A stretch of DNA of 64,000 nucleotides from a virus. The DNA is taken from positions 16,634 to 80,633 of IMG/VR virus record IMGVR_UViG_3300017955_000001; one strand, written 5' to 3'. Numbering within the stretch: position 1 is the stretch's first letter; every line of letters starts with the position of its first letter. The position numbers were made by a program, and so were the translations under genes. Positions 34,680 through 42,527 of this stretch are shown piece after piece. The notes under the pieces are model-generated. The model did not search any database and was not told the DNA's origin. It was given only the letters and a program-made list of their open reading frames with translations.

Positions 34680-34919
34680 ATGAGGGCGCGGCTCGTAGGG
34701 TGCCTGCTGGCGCTGCTCGCCGAGTGCTGCGGGGGCCTGCCCGCGGAGGACGCGCGGGACGTCGAGAACGCCGCGCGGTCGAGCGCGATGGCGTACCGGT
34801 ACGCGGGCGACGCCGACAGCAACCAGGCGCTGCTGCTCTGCGCCACGCAGGCGTCGCTGCAGGCGGTCATCCGCGACCAGAAGCTCGCGCCCTACGACGC
34901 GGGGATCCCCTGCCCGTGA
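34680..34919 (+). CDS. Small secreted or lipoprotein-like protein
   Basis: MRARLVGCLLALLAECCGG signal-like N-terminus; -10 TACCAT 7 nt upstream (leaderless). Confidence 0.55.
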   Translation: MRARLVGCLLALLAECCGGLPAEDARDVENAARSSAMAYRYAGDADSNQALLLCATQASLQAVIRDQKLAPYDAGIPCP

Positions 34920-35182
34920 ACCGCGCCGAGGTCCTCGCCCGGGTGGTCGCGACCTTCCCCGACGTGCCGCCTGCGCAGCTCGACCGGCTGCTGTCGGCGG
35001 AGCTGCCCGACGACGAGCGGCGGGTCATCCTGCAGTCGTGGGACGACGCGAAGAAGATCCCGGGGCCGGACGGGTGGGCCGTCTTCATGAGCATCCTGCG
35101 CGCCTGCGCGGACGTCGCGGACCTCGTCATCCCGATCGAGGGTGCCGTGCAGGGGATCGTCAGCATCGGGAAGGGTGGGTGA
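34916..35182 (+). CDS. Hypothetical protein
   Basis: GTGA coupling. Confidence 0.55.
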   Translation: MNRAEVLARVVATFPDVPPAQLDRLLSAELPDDERRVILQSWDDAKKIPGPDGWAVFMSILRACADVADLVIPIEGAVQGIVSIGKGG

Positions 35183-35469
35183 TGCGGACGGGGCGGATCG
35201 GCTACCTGGCGCGCCACCGGGTCGAGAAGGCGCAGAGGTTCGCGCTCGGGCAGCTCGTGCGCACGCGGCACGGCTTCGTCGGCGCGGTCGACAAGGTGTT
35301 CTTCGACCTAGAGGCCGCGATGGACGCGACGCCGGGCTGGCCCGCCGACTGGTACGAGCGGCAGGAGCCCAGGCCGACGACGCCGAAGACGGGCACCTGG
35401 TACGGCCTCGTCTTCGACGAGGGCGAGGGGTCGGGGCTCTACGGCGAGGACGATCTTGAGGCGTATTGA
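35182..35469 (+). CDS. YccV/HspQ-like (hemimethylated-DNA-binding, SH3-like) domain protein
   Basis: RFALGQLVRTRHGFVGAV...DWY...RP...TWYGLV matches the YccV pattern. Confidence 0.65.
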   Translation: MRTGRIGYLARHRVEKAQRFALGQLVRTRHGFVGAVDKVFFDLEAAMDATPGWPADWYERQEPRPTTPKTGTWYGLVFDEGEGSGLYGEDDLEAY

Positions 35470-35494
35470 CCGGCACGGGTCGCCCGGGTAGCCT
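35466..35494 (+). promoter_or_regulatory. Sigma70-like promoter
   Basis: TTGACC-17-TAGCCT. Confidence 0.55.
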
Positions 35495-35500
35495 CTACGT

Positions 35501-35580
35501 CGTTCGACACTGCTTCGTGAGGGCCATGGTGCGGCCCGGCTGCTCTCGCTGGTGGGGGCTGTCCGGGCCGCCTGTTTTTT
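35501..35580 (+). ncRNA. Candidate ~80-nt small RNA
   Basis: Bracketed by a promoter and an intrinsic terminator, antisense to the 3' end of the late operon. Confidence 0.4.
35531..35580 (+). terminator. Intrinsic terminator-like hairpin
   Basis: GCGGCCCGG/CCGGGCCGC 9-bp stem followed by T6. Confidence 0.6.
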
Positions 35581-35653
35581 GTCGCTTCCTGTAGACGATC
35601 ACTCTCAGACCCTGTGGCGGAAAAGGGATGCTCTGCGGAAAGAACAAACACTG

Positions 35654-37126
35654 TCACGCGAACGTGATCGGCTGCGGCTCGACCGGCACCGCGAGCGCGA
35701 GCGACAGCGCCTGGGTGAACGCCCCGCTGAGCAGCGTCGGCGCCGGCAACATGGTCTGCGGCGGCAGCGGCGCGTTGGGCGGCGGCACGGCGTTGCCTGG
35801 GTTGACGTACTGCGCGAGCAGCGCCCCGAGCTGCGCGGTCGACGGCGGGGAGGCGGGGCTGGGCGCGACGAGGTACGCCGCCGTCGGCATCTTCTGCGCG
35901 TTGGCCGTCACGTTGGTCGGCGCGGGCTTGTTGTCCGAGTCCTGCTTGTTGAAGTCGAGGCCCGTGTACGGCGTCGCCAGGACGACCTGCTGGGGGGTGA
36001 CGGCGGCGATCACGTAGGAGACGTCGACGGGGCCGGTGGGCGGCGTGTCCCGGAGCTGCGCGGCGAACCGGATCGCGTTGCCCGCGGCGAGCGCGCCCGT
36101 CTGGTCCTCCGTCGTGAAGACGGTCGTCGACCCGGTCGTCACGAGGAAGTCGCCGGCGAGCTGCGGGTGGGCCGCCCCCTGCTGGGCGAGCGCGAAGTAG
36201 CTCGGCGGCAGGTACGCGAGCGGCCGGTCGATTAGCGCCTGCGCCTGGTCGGTCAGCGGTCCGAGAAACTGGGCCGGCGTCGCGTTCGCCGGGACGGCGG
36301 GCAGCGGCGCCGACAGGTCGCAGAGCGTGACCTGCCCGACGCTGTTGCCGAAGCCGCCGGTGGCGGACACCCACACGTCCTCGATCACCGCGATGTCGAC
36401 GCTCCCGGGCGCGAGGGTGACGGGCGCGGGAGCCCTGCCGCGCAGCGCGGCGGTGACGAGGAAGGGCCCGGCGCCGGTCGAGTCGATGTACTCGATGTTC
36501 ACCGTCTGCGCCCCGACGCCCGCCGGGATCGCGGGGACCGTCGCGAAGCCGCCCGTGTCGTCGGGCGAGGACGAGTAGACGGCGGGGAGCTTCGACGGGT
36601 TCGGGGTGACCCTGCTGGCCGCCGTCTCGCCGGTCGTGCCCGTGAAGGCGCTGGCGAGCGTGACCGACGTCGCGCCGACGGCGGCGACGGAGTAGTAGAC
36701 GCCGGGCTGCGACGCGAACTCGACGACGTCGGTCGGCGCGTTGAGCGCGGCCTTCTGGTTGGCGCTCGTCGCGACGACCAGCGAACCGTTGACCGGGACG
36801 AAGTCGCCGGCGAGCGGCGATGCTTTGCGCAGCACGTACGGCGGCGCGGGCGGCGCCGCGGTGTCCGGGCGGCACGGGAACGGCGGCGGCGCGTGGGGGG
36901 CGCCGACGGCCGCCGTCATGTTGAGCGTCAGCGTGCGCGTCGCGCTCGTCGCGTCGTTCGAGGTGGTGTCGCTCGAGACCGTGAGGCCCAGCGCCTGGCC
37001 GAGGACCGGGTCGGCACCCGCGCTCGCGTAGAGCGGGACGGCGGCGAGCGCGGTCGCGGCGGCGCCGGGGCTGAGCGAGGTGCCGGCGACGAGCACCTTC
37101 CACGCGAGGATGATCTGATTCGGCAT
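35654..37126 (-). CDS. Ala/Pro/Thr-rich putative virion structural protein
   Basis: Long beta-rich ORF with repeated VTLASAFTG/VVLATPYTG motifs; function inferred only. Confidence 0.6.
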   Translation of the reverse strand: MPNQIILAWKVLVAGTSLSPGAAATALAAVPLYASAGADPVLGQALGLTVSSDTTSNDATSATRTLTLNMTAAVGAPHAPPPFPCRPDTAAPPAPPYVLRKASPLAGDFVPVNGSLVVATSANQKAALNAPTDVVEFASQPGVYYSVAAVGATSVTLASAFTGTTGETAASRVTPNPSKLPAVYSSSPDDTGGFATVPAIPAGVGAQTVNIEYIDSTGAGPFLVTAALRGRAPAPVTLAPGSVDIAVIEDVWVSATGGFGNSVGQVTLCDLSAPLPAVPANATPAQFLGPLTDQAQALIDRPLAYLPPSYFALAQQGAAHPQLAGDFLVTTGSTTVFTTEDQTGALAAGNAIRFAAQLRDTPPTGPVDVSYVIAAVTPQQVVLATPYTGLDFNKQDSDNKPAPTNVTANAQKMPTAAYLVAPSPASPPSTAQLGALLAQYVNPGNAVPPPNAPLPPQTMLPAPTLLSGAFTQALSLALAVPVEPQPITFA

Positions 37127-37219
37127 CGTGGTGAGAGGGTACACTGAGATCCACCGGGGCGTCTCCGGTCACCTGGCGGCGCCGTGCGCGGCGCTTTCGC
37201 CGGGAAACTACGAGGGTGA

Positions 37220-37279
37220 GCTGGGCGATCCGCCGGGCGCATAGCCGGGCACGTAGCCGGGCTCGCAGCCGGGCGATCT
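37220..37279. repeat. Five tandem 12-bp repeats (GCCGGGC-N5) followed by a GATC cluster
   Basis: gctgggcgatcc gccgggcgcata gccgggcacgta gccgggctcgca gccgggcgatct. Confidence 0.75.
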
Positions 37280-37373
37280 ACCAGGGGGGTGCGCGATCGG
37301 GATCGATCGGATCGGCTTTCTAGAGGTGGTCGGATCGAGGTCGCCGGCGCCGAACTGGACTTCGATTCGCGCA

Positions 37374-37398
37374 GCGTGATACGGTATCGTTATCATGC
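37374..37398 (+). promoter_or_regulatory. Extended -10 element and dyad overlapping the recombinase start
   Basis: TGnTACGGT; GCGTGATA-N9-TATCATGC (7/8 inverted match). Confidence 0.4.
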
Positions 37399-38480
37399 AA
37401 CCAGTTGAAGAACACATAATCCCACACGCTGGATCGTCGAAGGATCTCGCCGAACCCAGCGAGAACATGGTCGCGATCTATCGTCGCGCAGAAGAGGCGC
37501 CTGACGCGGTGGTGCCGCCGAACACGCGCCGGGCCTACGAGTTGGAGCTGCACTGCTTCGCGGCCTGGTGCAACCGCAACGGCGTGACCAAGGTGATGCC
37601 GGCGGATCCCAAGATAGTGCGCGCTTATCTGTACGACCTGGCCGACCGCGGCCGTCACCCTGAAGACCTCCCGAGCGGGAAACCTAAGGGGCCGGTCGGC
37701 CACAGCTCGATCCAGCGAGCCCTGTCCGCCATCTGCCGCAGCAACAGGAGATCTGGCTACCCAAGCATTTGGAACGACCCGCTTATCGTAGAGGCTCGCG
37801 ACACCTTGGCCCGCCTGAAGGGGACGGCGGCCAAGAGGCAGAAGCAGGATATCGGGCTCACCGGCGAAGCGTTGCTGTTCAAGGTCTGCGACTTGATGGG
37901 CGACGACCCGCGCGGAGTCCGAGACAGGGCGATGATACTCGTGGGGTGGCAGGGAGGGGGGCGTCGCCGCAGCGAGATCGCGGCCGCGAGGGTCGAGCAC
38001 TTCGAACCGGTCGAGGGAGGGTTGAGTTGGGCCATCCCGCGCAGCAAGGCCGACCAGACGGGCAAGGGGCTCGTGGTGGCGCTGACTCCCGTCGCAGACG
38101 AGCGTTACTGCCCGGTCCGCGCGCTGCGGCGCTGGCTGTCGGTGGCAGGCATCAAGCGCGGTCCCGTCTTCAGAGGCGTGGACATGGTGACCGGCGAGAT
38201 CATGGCTGCAGGGCTAGCTCCTGAGGGGGTCTCGAAGCGCGTGAAGCACTACGTCAAGCTGCTGGGTCTAAACCCAGACAACTTCGGCGGCCACTCGCTG
38301 CGCAGTGGGTTCGTGACGTCCGCGTACAAGATGGGACGCAGGCCGATCGACATCAAGGACTCGACGGGACACCATGGGACGCGAGAGATCGAGACCTACA
38401 TCCGCCGCGCAGGTTTGGTGGAAGAGTCGGTAGCCAAAGGACTGATCGACGAGGCATTGGCAAAAAGGAACCCCACATGA
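37395..38480 (+). CDS. Tyrosine recombinase (Cre-like, with an N-terminal SAM-like domain)
   Basis: NTRRAY; RDRAMIL..RRSEI; RSKADQ; HSLRSG; TGH; TYIR give an intact catalytic set. Confidence 0.95.
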   Translation: MQPVEEHIIPHAGSSKDLAEPSENMVAIYRRAEEAPDAVVPPNTRRAYELELHCFAAWCNRNGVTKVMPADPKIVRAYLYDLADRGRHPEDLPSGKPKGPVGHSSIQRALSAICRSNRRSGYPSIWNDPLIVEARDTLARLKGTAAKRQKQDIGLTGEALLFKVCDLMGDDPRGVRDRAMILVGWQGGGRRRSEIAAARVEHFEPVEGGLSWAIPRSKADQTGKGLVVALTPVADERYCPVRALRRWLSVAGIKRGPVFRGVDMVTGEIMAAGLAPEGVSKRVKHYVKLLGLNPDNFGGHSLRSGFVTSAYKMGRRPIDIKDSTGHHGTREIETYIRRAGLVEESVAKGLIDEALAKRNPT

Positions 38481-38752
38481 CCGACCCCCTCAAGCCCCCG
38501 GACCCTCCCCTCTCGCCCGCCTGGACCGCGCAGGACCGCCTCCGCGCGATCGCGGCGCTCCTGCCCGACATGCAGGCCGACATCTACGCGGGCCGGTACA
38601 GCGCGGTGGGGCGGCCCAACGTGACGTCGCTGCAGCACCTCATCGCCGACCCGGCCGAGACGCTCGAGGGCTACCGCGCCGACATCGAGCGGCGCGTCGC
38701 CGAGTTCGAGGCGAGGTACCCGCTGCCGGAGGGGTGGAGGTGGCCGGCGTGA
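38477..38752 (+). CDS. Hypothetical protein
   Basis: ATGA coupling to the recombinase gene. Confidence 0.6.
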   Translation: MTDPLKPPDPPLSPAWTAQDRLRAIAALLPDMQADIYAGRYSAVGRPNVTSLQHLIADPAETLEGYRADIERRVAEFEARYPLPEGWRWPA

Positions 38753-38916
38753 GGGAGAGTCAGTTCGACGGCGTCTACGCGGCCGCGTTCGTCTTGTCGG
38801 CGTGGGGAGCGGCGAACAGCGTCTACTGGCTCGACCTGGTCTCCCTGACCTTCATCTCCGTGCCGTTCGTCGGCTGGACGCTCTGGCGCGGCGGGTTCAA
38901 GGGGAGGGTGGCGTGA
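38749..38916 (+). CDS. Small two-TM membrane protein
   Basis: Two hydrophobic segments; GGAGG SD. Confidence 0.55.
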   Translation: MRESQFDGVYAAAFVLSAWGAANSVYWLDLVSLTFISVPFVGWTLWRGGFKGRVA

Positions 38917-39194
38917 GGAAAGTCGAGTGCCTCGTCGGCCGCGAGATCCTGACGTTCAGGGAGGGGGACGTCTGGGTGGCGGTTTGGGTCAGGTTCGACC
39001 TCCTCGCGCAGGGCGACACCGAGCGCGAGGCGGTCCAGCGTCTCGTGCGGACCATCGCGCACCAGGCGATCGCCGACGCGGAGCGCGGCGACCTGAACAG
39101 CTTCGGGTCCGCCCCGCCGGTGAGCCGGGAGCTGCTCCGGCGCTGGCGCGGCGCGCACGCGCGCAGCCACTCCAACCTGCGGAGGGTCGGGTGA
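38913..39194 (+). CDS. HicB-like antitoxin N-terminal domain (orphan)
   Basis: FREGDVWVAV..FDLLAQGDTEREAVQRL. Confidence 0.65.
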   Translation: MRKVECLVGREILTFREGDVWVAVWVRFDLLAQGDTEREAVQRLVRTIAHQAIADAERGDLNSFGSAPPVSRELLRRWRGAHARSHSNLRRVG

Positions 39195-39382
39195 CCACGC
39201 GCGAGGGGCACAAGTGGCTGGTCGTCTACTCGCTCTTCGGCCCGTACGTCGTCAGGCGCGACTCGCCGGCGGCCGAGGAGGCGCGCGAGTGCGGGGCGGC
39301 GGTGGCGAAGTTCCGGACGCTCGGCGGCGCGTACGCGCGGCTGCGGCGCGACCGCGGCGCTGTAGTACAGTCGAGTCCATGA
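39191..39382 (+). CDS. Hypothetical protein
   Basis: GGAGG SD, GTGA coupling. Confidence 0.5.
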   Translation: MTTREGHKWLVVYSLFGPYVVRRDSPAAEEARECGAAVAKFRTLGGAYARLRRDRGAVVQSSP

Positions 39383-39654
39383 GCACCACGATCTGCAAGC
39401 GCTGCCACAGGCTCAAGACCGTCAACGCGGCCGGCTACTGCCCGGCGTGCTCGGGCATCCTGCGCGCGCAGGAGCGCCGCCGGCCGGCGCAGGACACGGC
39501 GGCCGCTGCGGTGCTGACGCCGTCGCTCGCGCCCGTGCAGGAGGGCGCGGAGCCGCCCGCCCCGCCGCTGGCGCCCGAGCGCCGCGAGGACGGACCGGTC
39601 CCGCAGGCGTTCTTCCCGCCGGTCCTCGGCGAGGAGGAGAGCGCCGACATCTGA
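39379..39654 (+). CDS. Zn-finger protein with a Pro-rich tail
   Basis: CKRCH...YCPACS. Confidence 0.55.
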   Translation: MSTTICKRCHRLKTVNAAGYCPACSGILRAQERRRPAQDTAAAAVLTPSLAPVQEGAEPPAPPLAPERREDGPVPQAFFPPVLGEEESADI

Positions 39655-39662
39655 CGCGCGCG

Positions 39663-40091
39663 TCAGCTAAAAGCGTCCGCTATGATGGAGAACGGGACCG
39701 TCGTCCGCTGGGTGACGCCTCCGACGTCCTGCCAGACGAACTGCAGCGTGCCGCTCGCCCCCTCGTACGCGGCGCGGGCCGGGATCGTCAATTCGGGGGA
39801 CGCGGTCACGTAGCTGCCCAGTTGGCGCGCGGACGGCCCGTCGGCGTCACCGAGCAGGCGCGGGTCGGACGCGGACACGGCGAGCAGGCGCCCGCCCCCG
39901 GGGGCCCTGACCGTGAGCGAGCCGCCGCGGATCACGTACACCGGCGGCATCTCGCCGGGGGCCAGCGTGACCGACGCCTCGTAGAACCTGCCGATGCTGG
40001 CTCGCTGCGCGCCGACCACGATCACTGCCCCAGCCGCCAGCGCGAGCAGCGACGCGTACCCGAGTGTGTCCAGCAGAGTCGCGGCCCGCAC
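39663..40091 (-). CDS. N-terminally anchored beta-rich protein
   Basis: YASLLALAAGAVIVVGA helix. Confidence 0.6.
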   Translation of the reverse strand: MRAATLLDTLGYASLLALAAGAVIVVGAQRASIGRFYEASVTLAPGEMPPVYVIRGGSLTVRAPGGGRLLAVSASDPRLLGDADGPSARQLGSYVTASPELTIPARAAYEGASGTLQFVWQDVGGVTQRTTVPFSIIADAFS

Positions 40092-40100
40092 GGTCAGCTC

Positions 40101-40550
40101 TCAGAAGAACTTCCACGCCATCGTCGCGCCGTCCCAGACGTACGCGCCGAGCTGCGCGGTCGGCTGCGACGCGAGCGCGACCGTCATCTGCTCCTCGGCG
40201 TCCGCGACCGGGACCCACGCGCCGTTGACGGGCGCCCAGCCACCCTGCGGGTCGGTCCTGCGGTAGAGGAAATAGAGTGTCTCCGCCGCCGCCCCGACGC
40301 CCACCGACAGGCACGGCTGCGCGCGGATGACGCCGTCGCCGCGCGAGAACCGGTAGAGCGCGCCCTCGTAGTATGCGGTCGCGCTGCCGCCCTCGCTCTG
40401 GGAGAGCAGGCGCTTGCCGATGTAGTCGAGGTCCGGCTGCATCGGGGCGGGCGGTCCCCAGCTCGCGCACCGCGCGGCCGCGGCGGTGAACTCCGGCACG
40501 AGCCGCCAGTCGCGCGGCGCGCGCGCGCCGGGCGTCCCCGCGAGACTCAT
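40101..40550 (-). CDS. Hypothetical late-region protein
   Basis: ATGA coupling, Trp/Tyr-rich. Confidence 0.6.
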   Translation of the reverse strand: MSLAGTPGARAPRDWRLVPEFTAAAARCASWGPPAPMQPDLDYIGKRLLSQSEGGSATAYYEGALYRFSRGDGVIRAQPCLSVGVGAAAETLYFLYRRTDPQGGWAPVNGAWVPVADAEEQMTVALASQPTAQLGAYVWDGATMAWKFF

Positions 40551-41728
40551 CGGTGCGCCGGGTACGGGCCGTACGCCGCCTGCGCGGTGGCTGCCGGCGC
40601 GGGCGCGGGTTTGGCTGGGACAGCCGCTGCCGCCGCGGCCGGCCCGAGCTTGAGACCGATCACTTTCTTCGGGACATCAGAGGCGGGGACCGTCTTGCTC
40701 GCGACGTCCGGTGACAGCACGTGGGGAGCGAACTTCGCGGCGACGCTGGAGAGCGACGGGGTCGACTGGATCACGTGCTGCAACAGTGCTTGGCCCTGCT
40801 GGATCTGCTGCACGGTCGGCGTCGCGGCCCCGGCGATCTTGCTGGCCTGGGAGACGACGTCGCCTAGCTGCGGAGCAGAACTGACGAGCTGCTGGACCGT
40901 CGCTCCCGCTCCTCCCGGAGCTGCCGCGAGGGCGGCTTGCGCGGCGCCGGCCAATGCTTCGGGACTGGCTCCCTGCTCTCGCAGTTTCTCTAGCGCAGGC
41001 CCGAGCGCGCCCAGCGCCAGGGCCGTCGCGGTCAGTCCGGGGCCGACCAACGGTACGGCCGACAAGAATGGAGCGGCCAAGACCAGCGCAGAGGACGCCT
41101 TCGCTAGGATGGGGACGGCCGCGTTGTACGCGTCCTCGAACGGCTTGGTCACCTGGCTGAGGTCGATGCCGCCTCCGTGCGTCAGCGTGTGCGACTGCAG
41201 GAAGAACGGCTTCTTCGCGTCGGCGCCGGTCACCCGGTAGAGCTTGGCGAGGTAGTCCTTCGTGTTGGCGCCGGCGGGGATCTTGAAGACGGCGCGCAGC
41301 TTCGCGTCGTTCCACCCGACGGGAGCCGCGTCGAGCCACTTGCCGCCCATGAACGGCCACTGGAGCGCGATCTTGCCGCTGCCGTCGTCCCACCAGATCT
41401 TGTCGTCGCGCGCGCCCGGCCAGTTCGGGTCGGCGTTCTTGAACGCGACCGGGTCCTTGATGAAGCTCATGAGCCCCGCGTACATCCCGTCCGGGTTGTC
41501 CGGGTGCAGGCCCACCGCCGCGAGGTCGTCGGCGTACGACGCCCCGAGCCAGCCCCTAGGCAGCGCGATCGGCTCGCCCACCCCGAGCGACGCGAACGTC
41601 GGCGCGCCGCCGACGTGGACGATCGACTTGTGTGGGTTAGAGGCGAGCAGCTCCCGGTACCGCTCGGGCCGGCCGGTCAGCCGGCGAGCGATCTGCATCG
41701 GAGATTCCCCCAGTCCGACCCGGTACAT
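40547..41728 (-). CDS. LysM-like domain protein with a hydrophobic central segment
   Basis: MYRVGLGESPMQIARRL..YRELLASNP..LGVGEPIALP. Confidence 0.75.
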   Translation of the reverse strand: MYRVGLGESPMQIARRLTGRPERYRELLASNPHKSIVHVGGAPTFASLGVGEPIALPRGWLGASYADDLAAVGLHPDNPDGMYAGLMSFIKDPVAFKNADPNWPGARDDKIWWDDGSGKIALQWPFMGGKWLDAAPVGWNDAKLRAVFKIPAGANTKDYLAKLYRVTGADAKKPFFLQSHTLTHGGGIDLSQVTKPFEDAYNAAVPILAKASSALVLAAPFLSAVPLVGPGLTATALALGALGPALEKLREQGASPEALAGAAQAALAAAPGGAGATVQQLVSSAPQLGDVVSQASKIAGAATPTVQQIQQGQALLQHVIQSTPSLSSVAAKFAPHVLSPDVASKTVPASDVPKKVIGLKLGPAAAAAAVPAKPAPAPAATAQAAYGPYPAHR

Positions 41729-41740
41729 CGCGGCAAGCTC

Positions 41741-41881
41741 CTATCTCGCGCCCATCTTGAGCGCGCGCTTGGACTTCATCGTCCGGTAGGGCGCCCCCGC
41801 GGCGCCGCGCAGCTTGGCCCCCTGCGCGCGCACCTGCTGGTTCGCCCGCTGCAGCTTCGCCGTGGATTTGGGGTTTGCCAT
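41741..41881 (-). CDS. 46-aa basic protein
   Basis: MANPKSTAKLQRANQQVRAQGAKLRGAAGAPYRTMKSKRALKMGAR, no acidic residues. Confidence 0.55.
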   Translation of the reverse strand: MANPKSTAKLQRANQQVRAQGAKLRGAAGAPYRTMKSKRALKMGAR

Positions 41882-41885
41882 GGGC

Positions 41886-42302
41886 CTAGAGTGTACCAGC
41901 AACCATGGCGCGGAAAAATGGGTTCGTCAGGCCGTTCCGGTACCGCTGGATTCGACCCACGGCGCGCTCGCGCGGCAGCCCCAGCTCGACGAGCGCCAGG
42001 CCCGCGAGCACTCCGGACCGGTTCCTACCCTGGTGGCACGTGACGAGGACGCGCCGGCCGGCGCGCACGCGCGCCGCGATCCGCTTGGCGGTCGCGCGGA
42101 TGAGCGCGCGGTCGGCGGGGCTCGGCGGCGGCCCGCTGTCGTCGAGCGGGACGCGGATCACCTCGTAGCCGGGCAGGTCGACGTCCTGGTGCTCGACGGC
42201 CGCGAGCACGACGACGTCGAACGGCAGGCGGGCGCGCGGCGGCGGGACGGACCCCTGCGCTAGGTAGGGGCCGGGCATCAGGTAGGAGTAGCCGGTGCTC
42301 AT
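41886..42302 (-). CDS. Dual-specificity/tyrosine phosphatase
   Basis: PLDD acid loop; VLVTCHQGRNRSG (CX5RS). Confidence 0.9.
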   Translation of the reverse strand: MSTGYSYLMPGPYLAQGSVPPPRARLPFDVVVLAAVEHQDVDLPGYEVIRVPLDDSGPPPSPADRALIRATAKRIAARVRAGRRVLVTCHQGRNRSGVLAGLALVELGLPRERAVGRIQRYRNGLTNPFFRAMVAGTL

Positions 42303-42527
42303 GGCTTCGGGAGGGAGCGCGCCGCGCGCATCATCTTCGGCAAGGTGACGTGGCCGTGGAGTTGAGTGGGTACTAGGCCACGACACTTGGCCTGACGAAC
42401 TTCCAACATCGAACTTGGAGAATGGGCCTTGGGGCAAGCTCGTGAGGTTCAGAAAACTCGGGGTTCGGGGCGCTAGAGCCGAAAGCGGTACCGCAATCGT
42501 CGTCATAGTCACCAGGGACATCGACGG

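Noticed and set aside
34680-35182. Spanin pair
   Set aside because: The lipobox is doubtful, there is no i-spanin with an N-terminal TM and periplasmic coiled coil, and the genes are distant from the lysis cluster.
37220-37279. 12-bp repeats as a mini CRISPR array
   Set aside because: The units are contiguous 12-mers without spacers, far too short for CRISPR repeats.
37208-37468. Minus-strand 86-aa ORF with PGxx repeats
   Set aside because: It is antisense to the recombinase start, has no SD, and the periodicity is explained by the DNA repeat.
41886-42521. Long N-terminal extension of the phosphatase
   Set aside because: The extension has atypical composition and no motif; GGGAG-like context and the domain boundary favour ATG 42302. 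The 42303-42527 gap remains unexplained.
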